A stretch of DNA of 32,000 nt from Nostoc punctiforme PCC 73102 (GTDB lineage: Bacteria > Cyanobacteriota > Cyanobacteriia > Cyanobacteriales > Nostocaceae), in assembly GCF_000020025.1 (NCBI RefSeq), contig NC_010628.1, positions 2,610,001 to 2,642,000 of the forward strand, read 5' to 3'. Position numbers and translations under genes: made by a program. The notes beneath the pieces are model-generated. The model searched no databases. It saw only the letters and a program-made list of their open reading frames with translations, and had not been told where the DNA came from. Below, piece after piece: positions 21,976 to 32,000 of the stretch. Within the stretch, counting starts at the first letter, position 1; the number at the start of each line of letters is the position of its first letter.

Positions 21976-24900
21976 ATGGTAATGCATACACCCAGCCAAC
22001 CTCGCTCAAATTCCAGCAACGGTTATAAGGAAACCGATAACGGGCATACCGTTGATGTACCAGCAAAACAGCAAATCACCTCCGCTCTAGAAGAATTGCG
22101 AAATGAACTGGATCAAGCTGATTGGGTGGAAACAGGGCCGTTGCGAGAGAGAATCCGCAAGTTAAAAGAACTGCTAAGTGCGTTGCCATATCAAGAGGGA
22201 GGAGATGGATTAGAGGTAGAGCAAGTACAGGCGATCGCTAGCAAAATCCGCCAATTTTCCGATCTAGATACTTTGCTCGCCACTGTTGTCATAGAGGTAC
22301 AAAGCGCACTGCAAGCCGATCGCGTGGTGCTGTATGAATTTACGAATCCGACGCTGGGGATAGTTGTTGCGGAAGGGATGAGGGACGGCTTTACCCCAAT
22401 GCTGAAGGAAAAACTGCCCGCCGTCACTTTTGGGTTGGGTTCTGCCAAGCTTTATCAACAAGAAAAATTAGCTGCGATCGCAGATACCTACACTGCAAGC
22501 TTGTCCCCTTACCAAAAGCAGCTCGTGGATCGGTTTCAAATAAGAGCTTGTGTGAGTTTGCCGATTTTAGCAAAAGATGGGGTTTGGGGTTTGTTGGTAG
22601 TGCAGCAATGCACTGCTGCTCGCCAGTGGCAAAATGCTGAAATTCAGTTACTAAAATTAATCGAGCAGGAATTAGAAGCGCAACTGCAAGTTGCTGCGAT
22701 TCAAGCTACATTGCAACAAGAAGTGGAAAAAGACCAAATTCTGGTCGGTGTAGCGAATAAAATTCTCCAGTCCAAAGATGCGGATACCATCTTTCGCGTT
22801 GCCACCCAAGAAGTGCGACAGTCGCTAAAATGCGATCGCGTCGCAATCTATCGTTTCCAGCCAGATTGGAGTGGGGAATTTGTAGCTGAATCTGTTGGAT
22901 CTGAGTGGGTTTCTCTATTAGAAGAACAGCGAAACAACCCAGCAATTGTCAATAACGTTAACTATTGCAGTGTTAGGAACCTTGCAGACGAAGGCGGATT
23001 GGCTGGGACAACAGGGCGATCGCACAGTGCAGATAGCTACATTCAGCATACCCAAGGCAAAAATTTCCATCGCGGACAGATTTATCGAGTCACTAATGAT
23101 ATCTATAGTGCTGGTTTTTCTGACTGCTATATCAAAATTTTAGAAGCTTATCAAGCCAAAGCATACATTATTGTTGCCATCTTCCAGGGAGAAAAGTTGT
23201 GGGGCTTGCTCGCTGCCTATCAAAATTCTCAGCCTCGTCAGTGGAAAGATAGTGAAGTTCGCCTAATGGTACAGGTTGCAACTCTGTCTAGTATTACTAT
23301 TCAACAGGTGCAATATCAGCAACAACTTTATCACCGCTCTGAGGAGTCAGCCAAACTTGTTGAACGAGAACGTACTGTTTTCGGCATTATTGAAAAGATT
23401 GGGCAAGCAACGGATCTTCGCACCCTTTTCCGCACTGCAACCCAAGAGTTGCGGCGATTTTTAAAATGCGATCGCGTTGTCGTTTATCAATTTCATCCAG
23501 ACTGGAGTGGAGAAGTTATCGCTGAATCTGTGGGTGCTGGTTGGTCGTCACTGGTGGAGATGCAGGAACAAGACGGCATTTTAAAAACAGGTCTGATATC
23601 TTCAGAACGTTGCAATATTAAGGATTATGGCTCCCCTGTTAAAGCTGATGCCGATACCTATCTGAAGGAAACGCAGGGTGGAATGTACGCCAAAGGAACG
23701 CGCTTCCGTAAAGTCAACGATATTTCTGCTGCTGGTTTTTCATCTTGCTATTTAGAATCATTAGAGAAGTTCCAAGCCAAAGCATACATCATTGTTCCCG
23801 TCTTCCGCGCTGGTAATCTTTGGGGTTTGTTAGCAGCCTATCAGAATTCTGAGGTTCGGCAATGGACTGAAGAAGAGGCAGGTGCTTTGTTGCAGATCGC
23901 CGAACCGTTAAGCATTGCCCTCCAGCAAGCTGAATATATCGAACAGCTACGGTTAAAAAATCTAGAAATGACCCAAGTAGCTGAAGTAGAAAACGCGATC
24001 GCACGCATGGCAGATCGAATGCGTAATTCCCAACAGCTAGAAACGATTTACCGCACTACCTTGGCAGAATTGCGGCAGTTGTTCAAATGCGATCGCCTTG
24101 CAATATATCGCTTCAACTCTGACTGGAGTGGTGAATTTATTGCTGAATCTGTAGGAAGTGACTGGGTGCCTCTGGTTGGTCCCGATATCAAGACCGTATG
24201 GGAAGACGAACACCTACAGCAAACCCAGGGCGGACGCTATCGCAACAATGAAACCTTAGCCGTCAATGACATCTATACTGTTGGTTATGCCCAGTGCCAC
24301 ATTGACCTGTTAGAGCAATTCCAGGTTAAAGCCTACACCATCGCCCCCATTTTTGCTGGCAACAAACTTTGGGGTTTGTTAGGAGCTTACCAAAACAGCG
24401 GCCCGCGCCAGTGGAATTCCGAGGAAGTGCGATTGCTGACCAAATTGGGCATTCAGTTGGGGTTAAGCGTGCAGCAAGTTGAGTACATCGAACAGCTGAA
24501 GATGAAGAATGCAGAGTTGGCGCGGACAGCAGAAGAAGAACAAGTGCTGACAGCGATGGTGGAAAAAATCCGTCAAGCACAGGATATGGACACAATTTTC
24601 CTGAATGTACTGCCAAGTTTACGCAAACAACTACAGTGCGATCGCCTAGCAGTATTTCGCTTTCATCCCGACTGGAGTGTGGAGTTTGTTGCCGAATCCG
24701 TAAAAGATAAATGGTTGTCTTTAGCTGATTCCGACATCAAAACGATTTGGATGGACGAACATTTACAAGAAACTCAGGGCGGACGCTATCGCAATCATGA
24801 AACCTTTGTTGTCAATGATATCTACACTGTCGGTCACGTTCAATGCTACCTAGAGATATTAGAAAAAATCCAGGCTAAGGCTTACGCGATCGCTCCGATC

Positions 24901-27213
24901 TTTATTGGAAACAAACTCTGGGGCTTTATCGGAGCATACCAAAATACTGGCCCTCGCGAGTGGAAATCCAAGGATGTGCAACTGTTGCGAAAAGTAGCTG
25001 TGCAAATGGGTATAGGCTTGCAACAGGTTAAGTATATCGAACAGCTCAAGAATAAGAATGCAGAGTTAGCCAGAACCGCAGAAGGGGAACGAGCATTAAC
25101 ACGGCTGTCAGAAAAAATTCGCCAAGTTCAAGAGCTAGATACAATTTTCCGCAATGCCCTACCAGAATTGCGATCGCATTTGGAATGCGATCGCCTAGCC
25201 GTATATCGCTTCAATCCAGATTGGGGTGGGGAGTTTATTGCCGAATCCGTAAGTCGTGAATGGGTGGCTTTGGTTGGTCCCGAGATCAGGACTATATGGG
25301 AAGACGAACACCTACAACAAACCCAAGGTGGACGCTATCGCAACAACGAGACGTTTGTGATTAATGACGTTTACACTGCTGGCCATGCCCAGTGCCACTT
25401 GAAAATTCTCGAGCAATTTCAGATTAGAGCCTATATCATCACCCCGATTATTGCCGGAAACAAGCTCTGGGGTTTGTTAGGAGCATATCAGAATAGCGGG
25501 TCGCGGCAATGGCAAGAGAATGAAGTCAACTTGGTAGCGAAAATCGGCACGCAGTTTGGGGTTGCCGTCCAACAATCGCAATACTTACAACAAACCTTAA
25601 GCAAGAATGAGGAACTGATCAAACTGGCAGAACGGGAAGTAGCAAACGCCCGATTTTCCTATCGCCTGCCAAGTCGGTTAACAGAGATGGCCCAAAGTCA
25701 TGGTAATGTTCTGGAATTTATCCAGTTTGCCACCCACGAACTTCGTCAACTGCTGAAAGTAGATCGAGTTGGAGTTTACCGGTTTGAGCCTGATTGGTCT
25801 GGAGAATTTGTCGTTGAGTCTGTGACTGGGGATTGGCCTAAGCTGGTGGGAACTAGCCTTGCCAAAGTTAGAGATACCTATCTCCAGTACAACCAAGGAG
25901 GGCGTTATGTCCGCAAAGAAAGTTTGCGGGTTGACAATATATATAGTGTCGGCCATGACGAATGTCACATCCAATTGTTAGAGATGTGGGGAACTAAAGC
26001 CTACATGATTTCTCCGATTTTTCAAGAAAATCGGCTATGGGGGCTGATGGGAGTTTATCAAAATAGCGCATCGCGCCAGTGGGAGCAATCCGAGGAGGAT
26101 GTTCTCAACCAAGCCAGCGTCCAGATTGGTATTGCCCTCAATCTTGCAGACTACCTAACACAGGTGCGTACTCAAGAGCAGCAACTAGCAGAAGCAGCAG
26201 AGCGCGAACGCACCGCCCGCGAAAAACTCCAACAAGGAGCTATACGCGTTCTCATGGCTTTGGAACCATCCTTCAGAGGCGATCTGACCGTTCGAGCGCC
26301 CCTATCTGAAGATGAAATTGGGACGATCGCCGATGGTTACAACACTACGATCCAAAGTTTGCGAGATTTAGTGCGACAAGTGCAGATTGCTGCTGGCAGG
26401 GTGAGTGAAACTTCTAGCGATAACACGATCTCAGTAGTGAAACTATCTGACCAAGCTCAACAGCAGGCAGAACGGCTCGAACACGCTCTAGAACAATTAC
26501 AAATGATGGTAACTTCCACCCAGATAGTCGCTGCTGATGCCCAAAAAGTAGGACAGGCGGTGCAAAGAGCTAATAACACCGTCCAAGCTGGCGATTCCCT
26601 GATGGAAAGAACCGTAGATGGCATTTTGGAGATTCGGGAAACCGTGTCGGAAACAGCGAAGAAGATTAAACGCCTCGGTGAAGCTTCTCAGAAAATCTCG
26701 AAAGTAGTCAGTCTGATTGAAAACTTTGCCACTCAAACTAATTTGCTGGCACTCAATGCTGCGATCGAGGCTACCCGTGCCGGAGAGTATGGCAAAGGCT
26801 TTGCGGTGGTTGCAGATGAAGTTCGTTCCCTGGCTTATCAGTCGGCTAGTGCCACCACAGAAATTGAGCGACTCGTGCAAGAAATTCAAGCTGGTACCAA
26901 CGAAGTTACCGAAGCAATGGAAATAGGGATTAGCCAAGTTGTCCAAGGCTCGAACTTGATCGATGAAACTCGTCATTCCCTGAGTGCGATCGTGGTAGCT
27001 ACCAACGAAATTGGTGGACTGGTACAAGGAATTACCCAAGCAGTTTCCCATCAAAGTCAGCAATCTCAGATGTTGACAGAGGCGATGATGGATGTTTCGG
27101 CGATCGCCCGCAAGACTTCAGAAAGTGCCATCCACATTTCCGAGTCTTTTGAGGAACTACGGATGACTTCACAACAACTGGAAACCAGCGTTAGCCAGTT
27201 CAAAGTTGATTAA
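21976..27213 (+). CDS. Methyl-accepting chemotaxis protein with seven GAF domains (six cyanobacteriochrome-type), a HAMP-like segment and an MCP signalling domain; PixJ/PtxD-like photoreceptor
   Basis: There are six modules of the type [22 protein letters not shown] ... C(H/Y)xxxLExFQxKAY, with the bilin-Cys codons at nt 23125, 23746, 24295, 24844, 25393 and 25963. The first GAF (about aa 97-236) lacks that Cys. The MCP hairpin tip [32 protein letters not shown] is at about nt 26741. I see no hydrophobic TM segment. Confidence 0.92.
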   Translation: MVMHTPSQPRSNSSNGYKETDNGHTVDVPAKQQITSALEELRNELDQADWVETGPLRERIRKLKELLSALPYQEGGDGLEVEQVQAIASKIRQFSDLDTLLATVVIEVQSALQADRVVLYEFTNPTLGIVVAEGMRDGFTPMLKEKLPAVTFGLGSAKLYQQEKLAAIADTYTASLSPYQKQLVDRFQIRACVSLPILAKDGVWGLLVVQQCTAARQWQNAEIQLLKLIEQELEAQLQVAAIQATLQQEVEKDQILVGVANKILQSKDADTIFRVATQEVRQSLKCDRVAIYRFQPDWSGEFVAESVGSEWVSLLEEQRNNPAIVNNVNYCSVRNLADEGGLAGTTGRSHSADSYIQHTQGKNFHRGQIYRVTNDIYSAGFSDCYIKILEAYQAKAYIIVAIFQGEKLWGLLAAYQNSQPRQWKDSEVRLMVQVATLSSITIQQVQYQQQLYHRSEESAKLVERERTVFGIIEKIGQATDLRTLFRTATQELRRFLKCDRVVVYQFHPDWSGEVIAESVGAGWSSLVEMQEQDGILKTGLISSERCNIKDYGSPVKADADTYLKETQGGMYAKGTRFRKVNDISAAGFSSCYLESLEKFQAKAYIIVPVFRAGNLWGLLAAYQNSEVRQWTEEEAGALLQIAEPLSIALQQAEYIEQLRLKNLEMTQVAEVENAIARMADRMRNSQQLETIYRTTLAELRQLFKCDRLAIYRFNSDWSGEFIAESVGSDWVPLVGPDIKTVWEDEHLQQTQGGRYRNNETLAVNDIYTVGYAQCHIDLLEQFQVKAYTIAPIFAGNKLWGLLGAYQNSGPRQWNSEEVRLLTKLGIQLGLSVQQVEYIEQLKMKNAELARTAEEEQVLTAMVEKIRQAQDMDTIFLNVLPSLRKQLQCDRLAVFRFHPDWSVEFVAESVKDKWLSLADSDIKTIWMDEHLQETQGGRYRNHETFVVNDIYTVGHVQCYLEILEKIQAKAYAIAPIFIGNKLWGFIGAYQNTGPREWKSKDVQLLRKVAVQMGIGLQQVKYIEQLKNKNAELARTAEGERALTRLSEKIRQVQELDTIFRNALPELRSHLECDRLAVYRFNPDWGGEFIAESVSREWVALVGPEIRTIWEDEHLQQTQGGRYRNNETFVINDVYTAGHAQCHLKILEQFQIRAYIITPIIAGNKLWGLLGAYQNSGSRQWQENEVNLVAKIGTQFGVAVQQSQYLQQTLSKNEELIKLAEREVANARFSYRLPSRLTEMAQSHGNVLEFIQFATHELRQLLKVDRVGVYRFEPDWSGEFVVESVTGDWPKLVGTSLAKVRDTYLQYNQGGRYVRKESLRVDNIYSVGHDECHIQLLEMWGTKAYMISPIFQENRLWGLMGVYQNSASRQWEQSEEDVLNQASVQIGIALNLADYLTQVRTQEQQLAEAAERERTAREKLQQGAIRVLMALEPSFRGDLTVRAPLSEDEIGTIADGYNTTIQSLRDLVRQVQIAAGRVSETSSDNTISVVKLSDQAQQQAERLEHALEQLQMMVTSTQIVAADAQKVGQAVQRANNTVQAGDSLMERTVDGILEIRETVSETAKKIKRLGEASQKISKVVSLIENFATQTNLLALNAAIEATRAGEYGKGFAVVADEVRSLAYQSASATTEIERLVQEIQAGTNEVTEAMEIGISQVVQGSNLIDETRHSLSAIVVATNEIGGLVQGITQAVSHQSQQSQMLTEAMMDVSAIARKTSESAIHISESFEELRMTSQQLETSVSQFKVD

Positions 27214-27228
27214 TCTCGCAAAACTGTT

Positions 27229-30200
27229 ATGAACCCCGATCCCAGTAATCAAGAGCAGGCTTTTCTTGCTGAAGCGGCAGAGTTGTTGCAAACCATTGAG
27301 CAGAATCTGATCGGTTTGCTTGATGAAAAAACAATAGAAAAAGTTCATGCCTTGATGCGAAGCGCCCATACTATCAAAGGGAGTGCTGCCAGTGTTGGGC
27401 AAGAAACTATTCAGACAATTGCCCATCATTTGGAAGATGTATTCCAAGCGTTATACGCTCCAGAACTGGAAATCGATCCAGAATTGGGTGCTTTGCTTCT
27501 AGATGCTTATGAGTGCCTGCGAACTCCATTGAGTGCAGCCTTGATGGGCTTATCCTGCAATGAGGCAGAAATACTCGATCGCACTGCTTCCATCTTCGCC
27601 CAACTTCAACATAAACTAGGCGACTTTTTTGGTCGTGAGGCTCCGCTTCCCAGTTCGGAAGAACTTGGCTTCGATGTCGTAGAGTCAATCTTTTCCGGGA
27701 GTGTACCCCAGGATTTGCAACAACTGGAAACTGACATCCAAAGCCAAGATCCGCAACAAATTCAAACAACACTCAACTCCCAAGCAGAATTTTTTGTTGA
27801 ACTAGCAGCATCTTATGGCTTATCTGGATTAGAAGAAATTGCCCAGGCGACCCTAAACGCGCTCAAAGCACATCCAGACAAAGTATTGCAAATCGCTCAG
27901 GCGGCTTTAGAAAATTTTAAAGCAGCTCAAACAGCAGTACTTGCAGGCGATCGCACTCAAGGGGGTGAGATATCTCCACAATTGCGAGAATGGGCAGGGC
28001 TAATTACTCCTGTCCCAGAACCGCAACAGCCAGTTGCGATCGCAGCCCCACCAACACCAACGACTACAACTGAGAATCAGCCATCCCCCCTCCTCAGTGC
28101 CAGCGAAGCAGAATCAATTTGGTCGTTTTTCCCGAAGCGGACTGATAACTCCGTACCAAAAACACCGGAGGTACTGGCACCTATTTCTCAGGATTCGGTA
28201 GTAGCCCCCTCTGCCATAGATCGGATTTTACAGTCAATCTGGATCGGAGATCCACAGACATCCTGCCGATACTCAGACTCAGATCGGCCAGCCTCTCCAC
28301 CACCAGCGCCAAGCCTCCAGGCTCAGTCATCGGCATCACTTCCCAGTATCCGAGTCGCGATAGAACAACTCGATCGCCTCAGCCATACAATTGGGGAATT
28401 GCTAATCAGCGAAAACCAACAAAACCTGCAATCTAACCACATCCACAAAGCAGCCCAAGACACTCTACTACAGTTTTTGTACTGTCAACAACAACTTAGT
28501 AAAGTTTTTACTTGGTCGGATCGACATCTGTTGCTTCCCGAACGCAAGCAGCGACATATACATGGATCTCCACGAGTTATCTCTGCTACCGAGGCACAAT
28601 CCAATTTTGATGCCTTAGAAATGGATAACTATAGCGAGTTGCACATTCTCCTGCAAAATCTTACAGAAGACATGGTGCAATTAGGAGAACATATTGAGGC
28701 TGTTAATGGCTTAGTTCAGCAATCTCGCTTCAGTCTCGGAAAGCGCAAGCAACTGCTTTCAGGAGCGCAGGAAGATTTGCTGCAAGCCAGAATGGTTCCA
28801 CTGGGAACAGTGTTGAATCGATTACCCCGCCTCTTGCAACAGATGGTAGCAACTTATCATAAGCCTGTTGAACTCAAGCTTGGCGGAACGAAGGTACTGG
28901 TGGATAAAGCCATTTCTGAGCAGCTATACGATCCCTTGCTGCACATGATTCGCAATGCTTTCGATCACGGCATTGAACCGGTAGAAACCCGCCGCGAGAA
29001 GGGTAAACCAGAAACCGGAACAATTACAATTAAAGCTTATCATCAAGGCAACCGCACTACTATTGAGGTACGGGATGATGGTCGAGGCTTTAACTGGGAA
29101 TCCATTCGTCAGCGAGCTATAGAAAAACACCTGCTGACTCCCGAACAAGCCGCCTACGCCTCAGAAGACCAACTAGCAGAGTTATTATTTGAACCAGGCT
29201 TTTCTACCGCCAAGCAGGTTGGTGAGTTATCTGGTCGTGGTATCGGCTTAGATGTGGTTCGCACTCAATTGCAAGCTTTACAAGGTTCGATTGTGGTGCG
29301 ATCGCTTTCAGGGCAGGGAACCACCTTCATGCTGCAATTGCCCCTGAGCTTGACAACAGCACGCTTGCTCGTTTGTCAATCTCAAGGTATTACTTATGGC
29401 TTGCTGTCTGAAGGAGTTAGCCAGGTTTTATTACCGCAGCCAGAGCAGATTCAAGTCCAGCAATCTTTACACGGGCAAGGCAGCCAAAAATTCTGGCAGT
29501 GGGGAGAAGGGCAAAATCAGCAACTAGTTCCCATCCGCTCGCTTGCCAATTTGCTGGATTACAAATATCCTTTATTCACCCAAGACCACAATTTAAACCT
29601 AAGTCCTTTTCCAGTCAAACAACGAAACACCATCGAACCTCTGCTGCTGTTGCAAACAGAGTATCAATACCTGTGTTTGCAAGTCGATCAGATTTTAGTC
29701 GAGCAGGAATTAGTAATTAAATCCCTCGGCAGAGTCTTGACTTTACCTAGTTACATCCAAGGCTACAGCGTGTTGGGCAATGGTAGTCTGACCCTAATCG
29801 TTGACCCGTTGGAGTTAGTTCGGCAAACTTGGGAGACAGATATGATGCCGACTTCCCCGGCATCAAGTCTTGCAATATTGCCCGCGCCTGAGCCTGTTCT
29901 TGCTCTAGAGGCGCAGCAATCCGCAACTATAACGCAACCGCAACAACAGCCGATGGAAGTCAATACAGCCGTTGCTCAACCTAACCGACTGACAGTGTTA
30001 GTCGTGGAAGATTCGGTTGTACAAAGGCAAAGTTTGGTGCAGACGCTCCAAAAAGCCGACTATCAAGTGTTGCAAGCAGGCGATGGTCGAGAGGCGGTCG
30101 CTCAATTGGTGCAACACAGTGATGTCGATTTAGTGATTTGTGACATTGAAATGCCGCGTATGAATGGATTTGAGTTTTTAGAACACCATCGCCAAGACGA

Positions 30201-30357
30201 GCGTTTGTCCGGGATTCCTGTGGTGATGCTGACTACTCGTAGCGGACAGAAGCACCGCCAATTAGCTTTAGCTCTAGGGGCGAAAGCTTACATGACCAAA
30301 CCCTATTCAGAACAGAGCTTCCTGGCCGCGATCGCTGAACTGGTTCATAGCCCTTAG
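27229..30357 (+). CDS. Hybrid CheA-type histidine kinase with C-terminal receiver (PixL/PtxE-like)
   Basis: Hpt is HTIKGSAASVG, the N-box is HMIRNAFDHGIE, G1 is DDGRGF and G2 is GRGIGLD. A CheW-like P5 region and a P/Q-rich linker follow, then REC (VLVVEDS...LVICDIEMPRMNG...YMTKP). Confidence 0.92.
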   Translation: MNPDPSNQEQAFLAEAAELLQTIEQNLIGLLDEKTIEKVHALMRSAHTIKGSAASVGQETIQTIAHHLEDVFQALYAPELEIDPELGALLLDAYECLRTPLSAALMGLSCNEAEILDRTASIFAQLQHKLGDFFGREAPLPSSEELGFDVVESIFSGSVPQDLQQLETDIQSQDPQQIQTTLNSQAEFFVELAASYGLSGLEEIAQATLNALKAHPDKVLQIAQAALENFKAAQTAVLAGDRTQGGEISPQLREWAGLITPVPEPQQPVAIAAPPTPTTTTENQPSPLLSASEAESIWSFFPKRTDNSVPKTPEVLAPISQDSVVAPSAIDRILQSIWIGDPQTSCRYSDSDRPASPPPAPSLQAQSSASLPSIRVAIEQLDRLSHTIGELLISENQQNLQSNHIHKAAQDTLLQFLYCQQQLSKVFTWSDRHLLLPERKQRHIHGSPRVISATEAQSNFDALEMDNYSELHILLQNLTEDMVQLGEHIEAVNGLVQQSRFSLGKRKQLLSGAQEDLLQARMVPLGTVLNRLPRLLQQMVATYHKPVELKLGGTKVLVDKAISEQLYDPLLHMIRNAFDHGIEPVETRREKGKPETGTITIKAYHQGNRTTIEVRDDGRGFNWESIRQRAIEKHLLTPEQAAYASEDQLAELLFEPGFSTAKQVGELSGRGIGLDVVRTQLQALQGSIVVRSLSGQGTTFMLQLPLSLTTARLLVCQSQGITYGLLSEGVSQVLLPQPEQIQVQQSLHGQGSQKFWQWGEGQNQQLVPIRSLANLLDYKYPLFTQDHNLNLSPFPVKQRNTIEPLLLLQTEYQYLCLQVDQILVEQELVIKSLGRVLTLPSYIQGYSVLGNGSLTLIVDPLELVRQTWETDMMPTSPASSLAILPAPEPVLALEAQQSATITQPQQQPMEVNTAVAQPNRLTVLVVEDSVVQRQSLVQTLQKADYQVLQAGDGREAVAQLVQHSDVDLVICDIEMPRMNGFEFLEHHRQDERLSGIPVVMLTTRSGQKHRQLALALGAKAYMTKPYSEQSFLAAIAELVHSP

Positions 30358-30377
30358 CCCTCATCTTGTAAATTGCT

Positions 30378-31403
30378 ATGCTTAACACTCCCTTTCCGTT
30401 TAAGCGATTATCTGGCGCTGTGAGCGAACGTGACTCATTACGAGTCGTTGTTTTTGCGATCGCAGACTATTTATTTGCCCTGCCAGTTGGTGCAGTTCTC
30501 AAGGTGATGGCTTGTCCCCCTATTAGTAGTACGGTTGAAAGTGGTATCGGGATGGTTGACTTGGGAGCGCAAACGATCGCAATTGTGGACTTGCGCCAGA
30601 AGTTCATTCAGCAAGTACAAGGCCAACAGGCGCATCAAGTTCCCTCTGCGGTTGACACTTCAGGGCGCTTCCTACTTCTGACTCAAACGCGGACTGGGGA
30701 AATTTGTGGCATTCCTGTGGACAAGCCCCCTGCATTAATCGATATTCCTTTAGAAGCAGTGCGTCCGGTGCCGTGGTCTTATCGGCAAGTAGCGGAGTTA
30801 AGCTGTGTTAGCCACATGGCTGTTTTGCCTGTAGCACCAAACGAGGAATCACTCAAAGTACTTCTTTTTGGTATGAGCCAGATATTGGCTGATAAGTTGG
30901 GGTTGCCCGGAACAACCCCAACCTTGCCTCCTGGGCAGACATCAGGCGAACAACGGCAAAGATTTCTGCGTTTTTCCTTGGGGAATCAAGGAAGTGGATT
31001 GCTACCATTTGACTTAATACAGGATATTATTCATCTCGCTAGCCAAGAAATTTCCCCAGCCCCGGCCTTACCAAGTTGGATTTTAGGTTTCTATAATTGG
31101 CAAGGACAGATGCTGCGGCTGGTTGACTTGGAACATTTGCTTGGTTATGCGCCGCTTTTGAAGCGGCAGTCACGACCAGAAAAGCCAATGGTTCTGGTTA
31201 TCGAACTGCAAAATCAGGTAATCGGGTTTTTGGTGGCTCATGTCTACGATGTAGAGTGGCAGGATTTACAGCAAGCACAATCGGCACCAACCGACTTTTC
31301 CCCAAACAAACTGCTAAATTTTGTTCGAGGTATTCTGCCAGGCGATCGCTGGATTTTAGACACCAGAGCGATCGCCCAGACATTGCAATGGCAAACCCAC
31401 TGA
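30378..31403 (+). CDS. Protein with two tandem CheW-like domains
   Basis: The two halves (about aa 20-170 and 190-335) each show a CheW pattern (LRVVVFAIADYLFALPVGAVLKV...; FLRFSLGNQGSGLLPFDLIQDII...ILGFYNWQGQMLRLVDL). Confidence 0.85.
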   Translation: MLNTPFPFKRLSGAVSERDSLRVVVFAIADYLFALPVGAVLKVMACPPISSTVESGIGMVDLGAQTIAIVDLRQKFIQQVQGQQAHQVPSAVDTSGRFLLLTQTRTGEICGIPVDKPPALIDIPLEAVRPVPWSYRQVAELSCVSHMAVLPVAPNEESLKVLLFGMSQILADKLGLPGTTPTLPPGQTSGEQRQRFLRFSLGNQGSGLLPFDLIQDIIHLASQEISPAPALPSWILGFYNWQGQMLRLVDLEHLLGYAPLLKRQSRPEKPMVLVIELQNQVIGFLVAHVYDVEWQDLQQAQSAPTDFSPNKLLNFVRGILPGDRWILDTRAIAQTLQWQTH

Positions 31404-31432
31404 TTTAACTTGATGCTGCCAAGGAGTTTTCT

Positions 31433-32000
31433 GTGACGATCGCAACTTTAGACCCTAATTCTGAAACCCAGCCTGTTGAAAATGAAATCCAGATAGAAGA
31501 AATTTTGGCTAATGTGGCTCTAATCAAAGCAGTCTTTCAATCTGCTAAGGGACCAAAGGTCGCTCAATTGCAGCAGAAGGTAAGTCAAATCGAAGCTTTT
31601 ATCCAAGCTTTGGCTAAGGATTCGCCCAGTGACAATGATGAAAATGTTCGAGGGGCTTTTCAGCTCCAGCGAGAACAACTTGCGGCGATCGATCGGCAAA
31701 TGCAACAGGCAAAAGGTCAAACTGCACTTTTGGAGGTTACAGTCACCGCCTTGCGAGATGTTCTCAACGCCGATCGCGTCCTAATTTATCGTTTTGAGGA
31801 AGATAATCGCAGTCGAGCGATCGCCGAGGCTATACAAACGGGTTGGACATCCCTGCTCAACCAATCCCTACCGATAAATTTGTTTGTTAATAAACCCGAT
31901 GTTGGCGACGGACAAAACTCGCAGGGCAACCTAACTGAAGTATTGGAATTAACTCCCCGCCAACAGCAATTTTGGCAACGGTTTCAGGTGCAAGCTAGCC
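31433..32000 (+). CDS. Second GAF-containing receptor (probable MCP), N-terminal 189 codons; the 3' end lies outside the window
   Basis: It is absent from the ORF track because it has no stop in the window. The GTG at 31433 lies 6 nt after AAGGAG and the frame is open to nt 32000. It has a coiled-coil N-terminus and then a GAF start LRDVLNADRVLIYRFEEDNRSRAIAEAIQTGW. The antisense ORF 31520..31720 is a shadow. Confidence 0.7.
   Translation, partial: MTIATLDPNSETQPVENEIQIEEILANVALIKAVFQSAKGPKVAQLQQKVSQIEAFIQALAKDSPSDNDENVRGAFQLQREQLAAIDRQMQQAKGQTALLEVTVTALRDVLNADRVLIYRFEEDNRSRAIAEAIQTGWTSLLNQSLPINLFVNKPDVGDGQNSQGNLTEVLELTPRQQQFWQRFQVQAS

Noticed and set aside
26497-27063. 188-aa ORF antisense to the MCP signalling domain
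   Set aside because: It lies wholly inside the highly conserved methyl-accepting coiled-coil coding region. Antisense open frames are a common artefact there, and its product has no recognisable motifs.
31520-31720. 66-aa minus-strand ORF near the window end
   Set aside because: It is antisense to a longer open frame (31433 to the window edge) that has an RBS and a GAF-domain signature.

Overview
This is a cyanobacterial chromosome segment. GCGATCGC (HIP1) palindromes are frequent, heptameric STRR arrays are present, and the gene content looks Nostocales-like. From left to right the window holds: (i) the 3' part of a fatty acyl-AMP ligase gene plus an acyl carrier protein gene; (ii) a roughly 2.6 kb decayed stretch with a frame-broken TIGR03032-like/RTX chimera and other ORF remnants; (iii) a 1084-aa STAND NTPase-WD40 gene whose second propeller is built from near-identical 126-bp repeats; (iv) a rearranged gas-vesicle (gvp) cluster; (v) a complete Pix/Ptx-type chemotaxis-like locus. 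The gvp cluster contains gvpG, gvpN, gvpJ, gvpK, gvpF, a second GvpF/L-like gene, one gvpA and a GvpC-like fusion. Interleaved with these are a tandem ArsA/Get3-like ATPase, a GvpV-like coiled-coil gene, a Cdc48-like double AAA+ ATPase and an AT-rich three-gene cassette. The chemotaxis-like locus contains a PatA-type regulator, CheY, CheW, a 1745-aa methyl-accepting protein with seven GAF domains (six bilin-type), a hybrid CheA, a double-CheW protein and the start of a second receptor. No rRNA, tRNA, CRISPR array or intact transposase was found. The most interesting content is the non-canonical gvp cluster. It has extra NTPases, a winged-helix-like module shared by GvpN and the GvpC-like protein, and a SigJ-type 'J-box' in front of gvpA. 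It also sits directly next to a photoreceptor-chemotaxis locus. All homology calls come from motif recognition by eye, and no database search was run.
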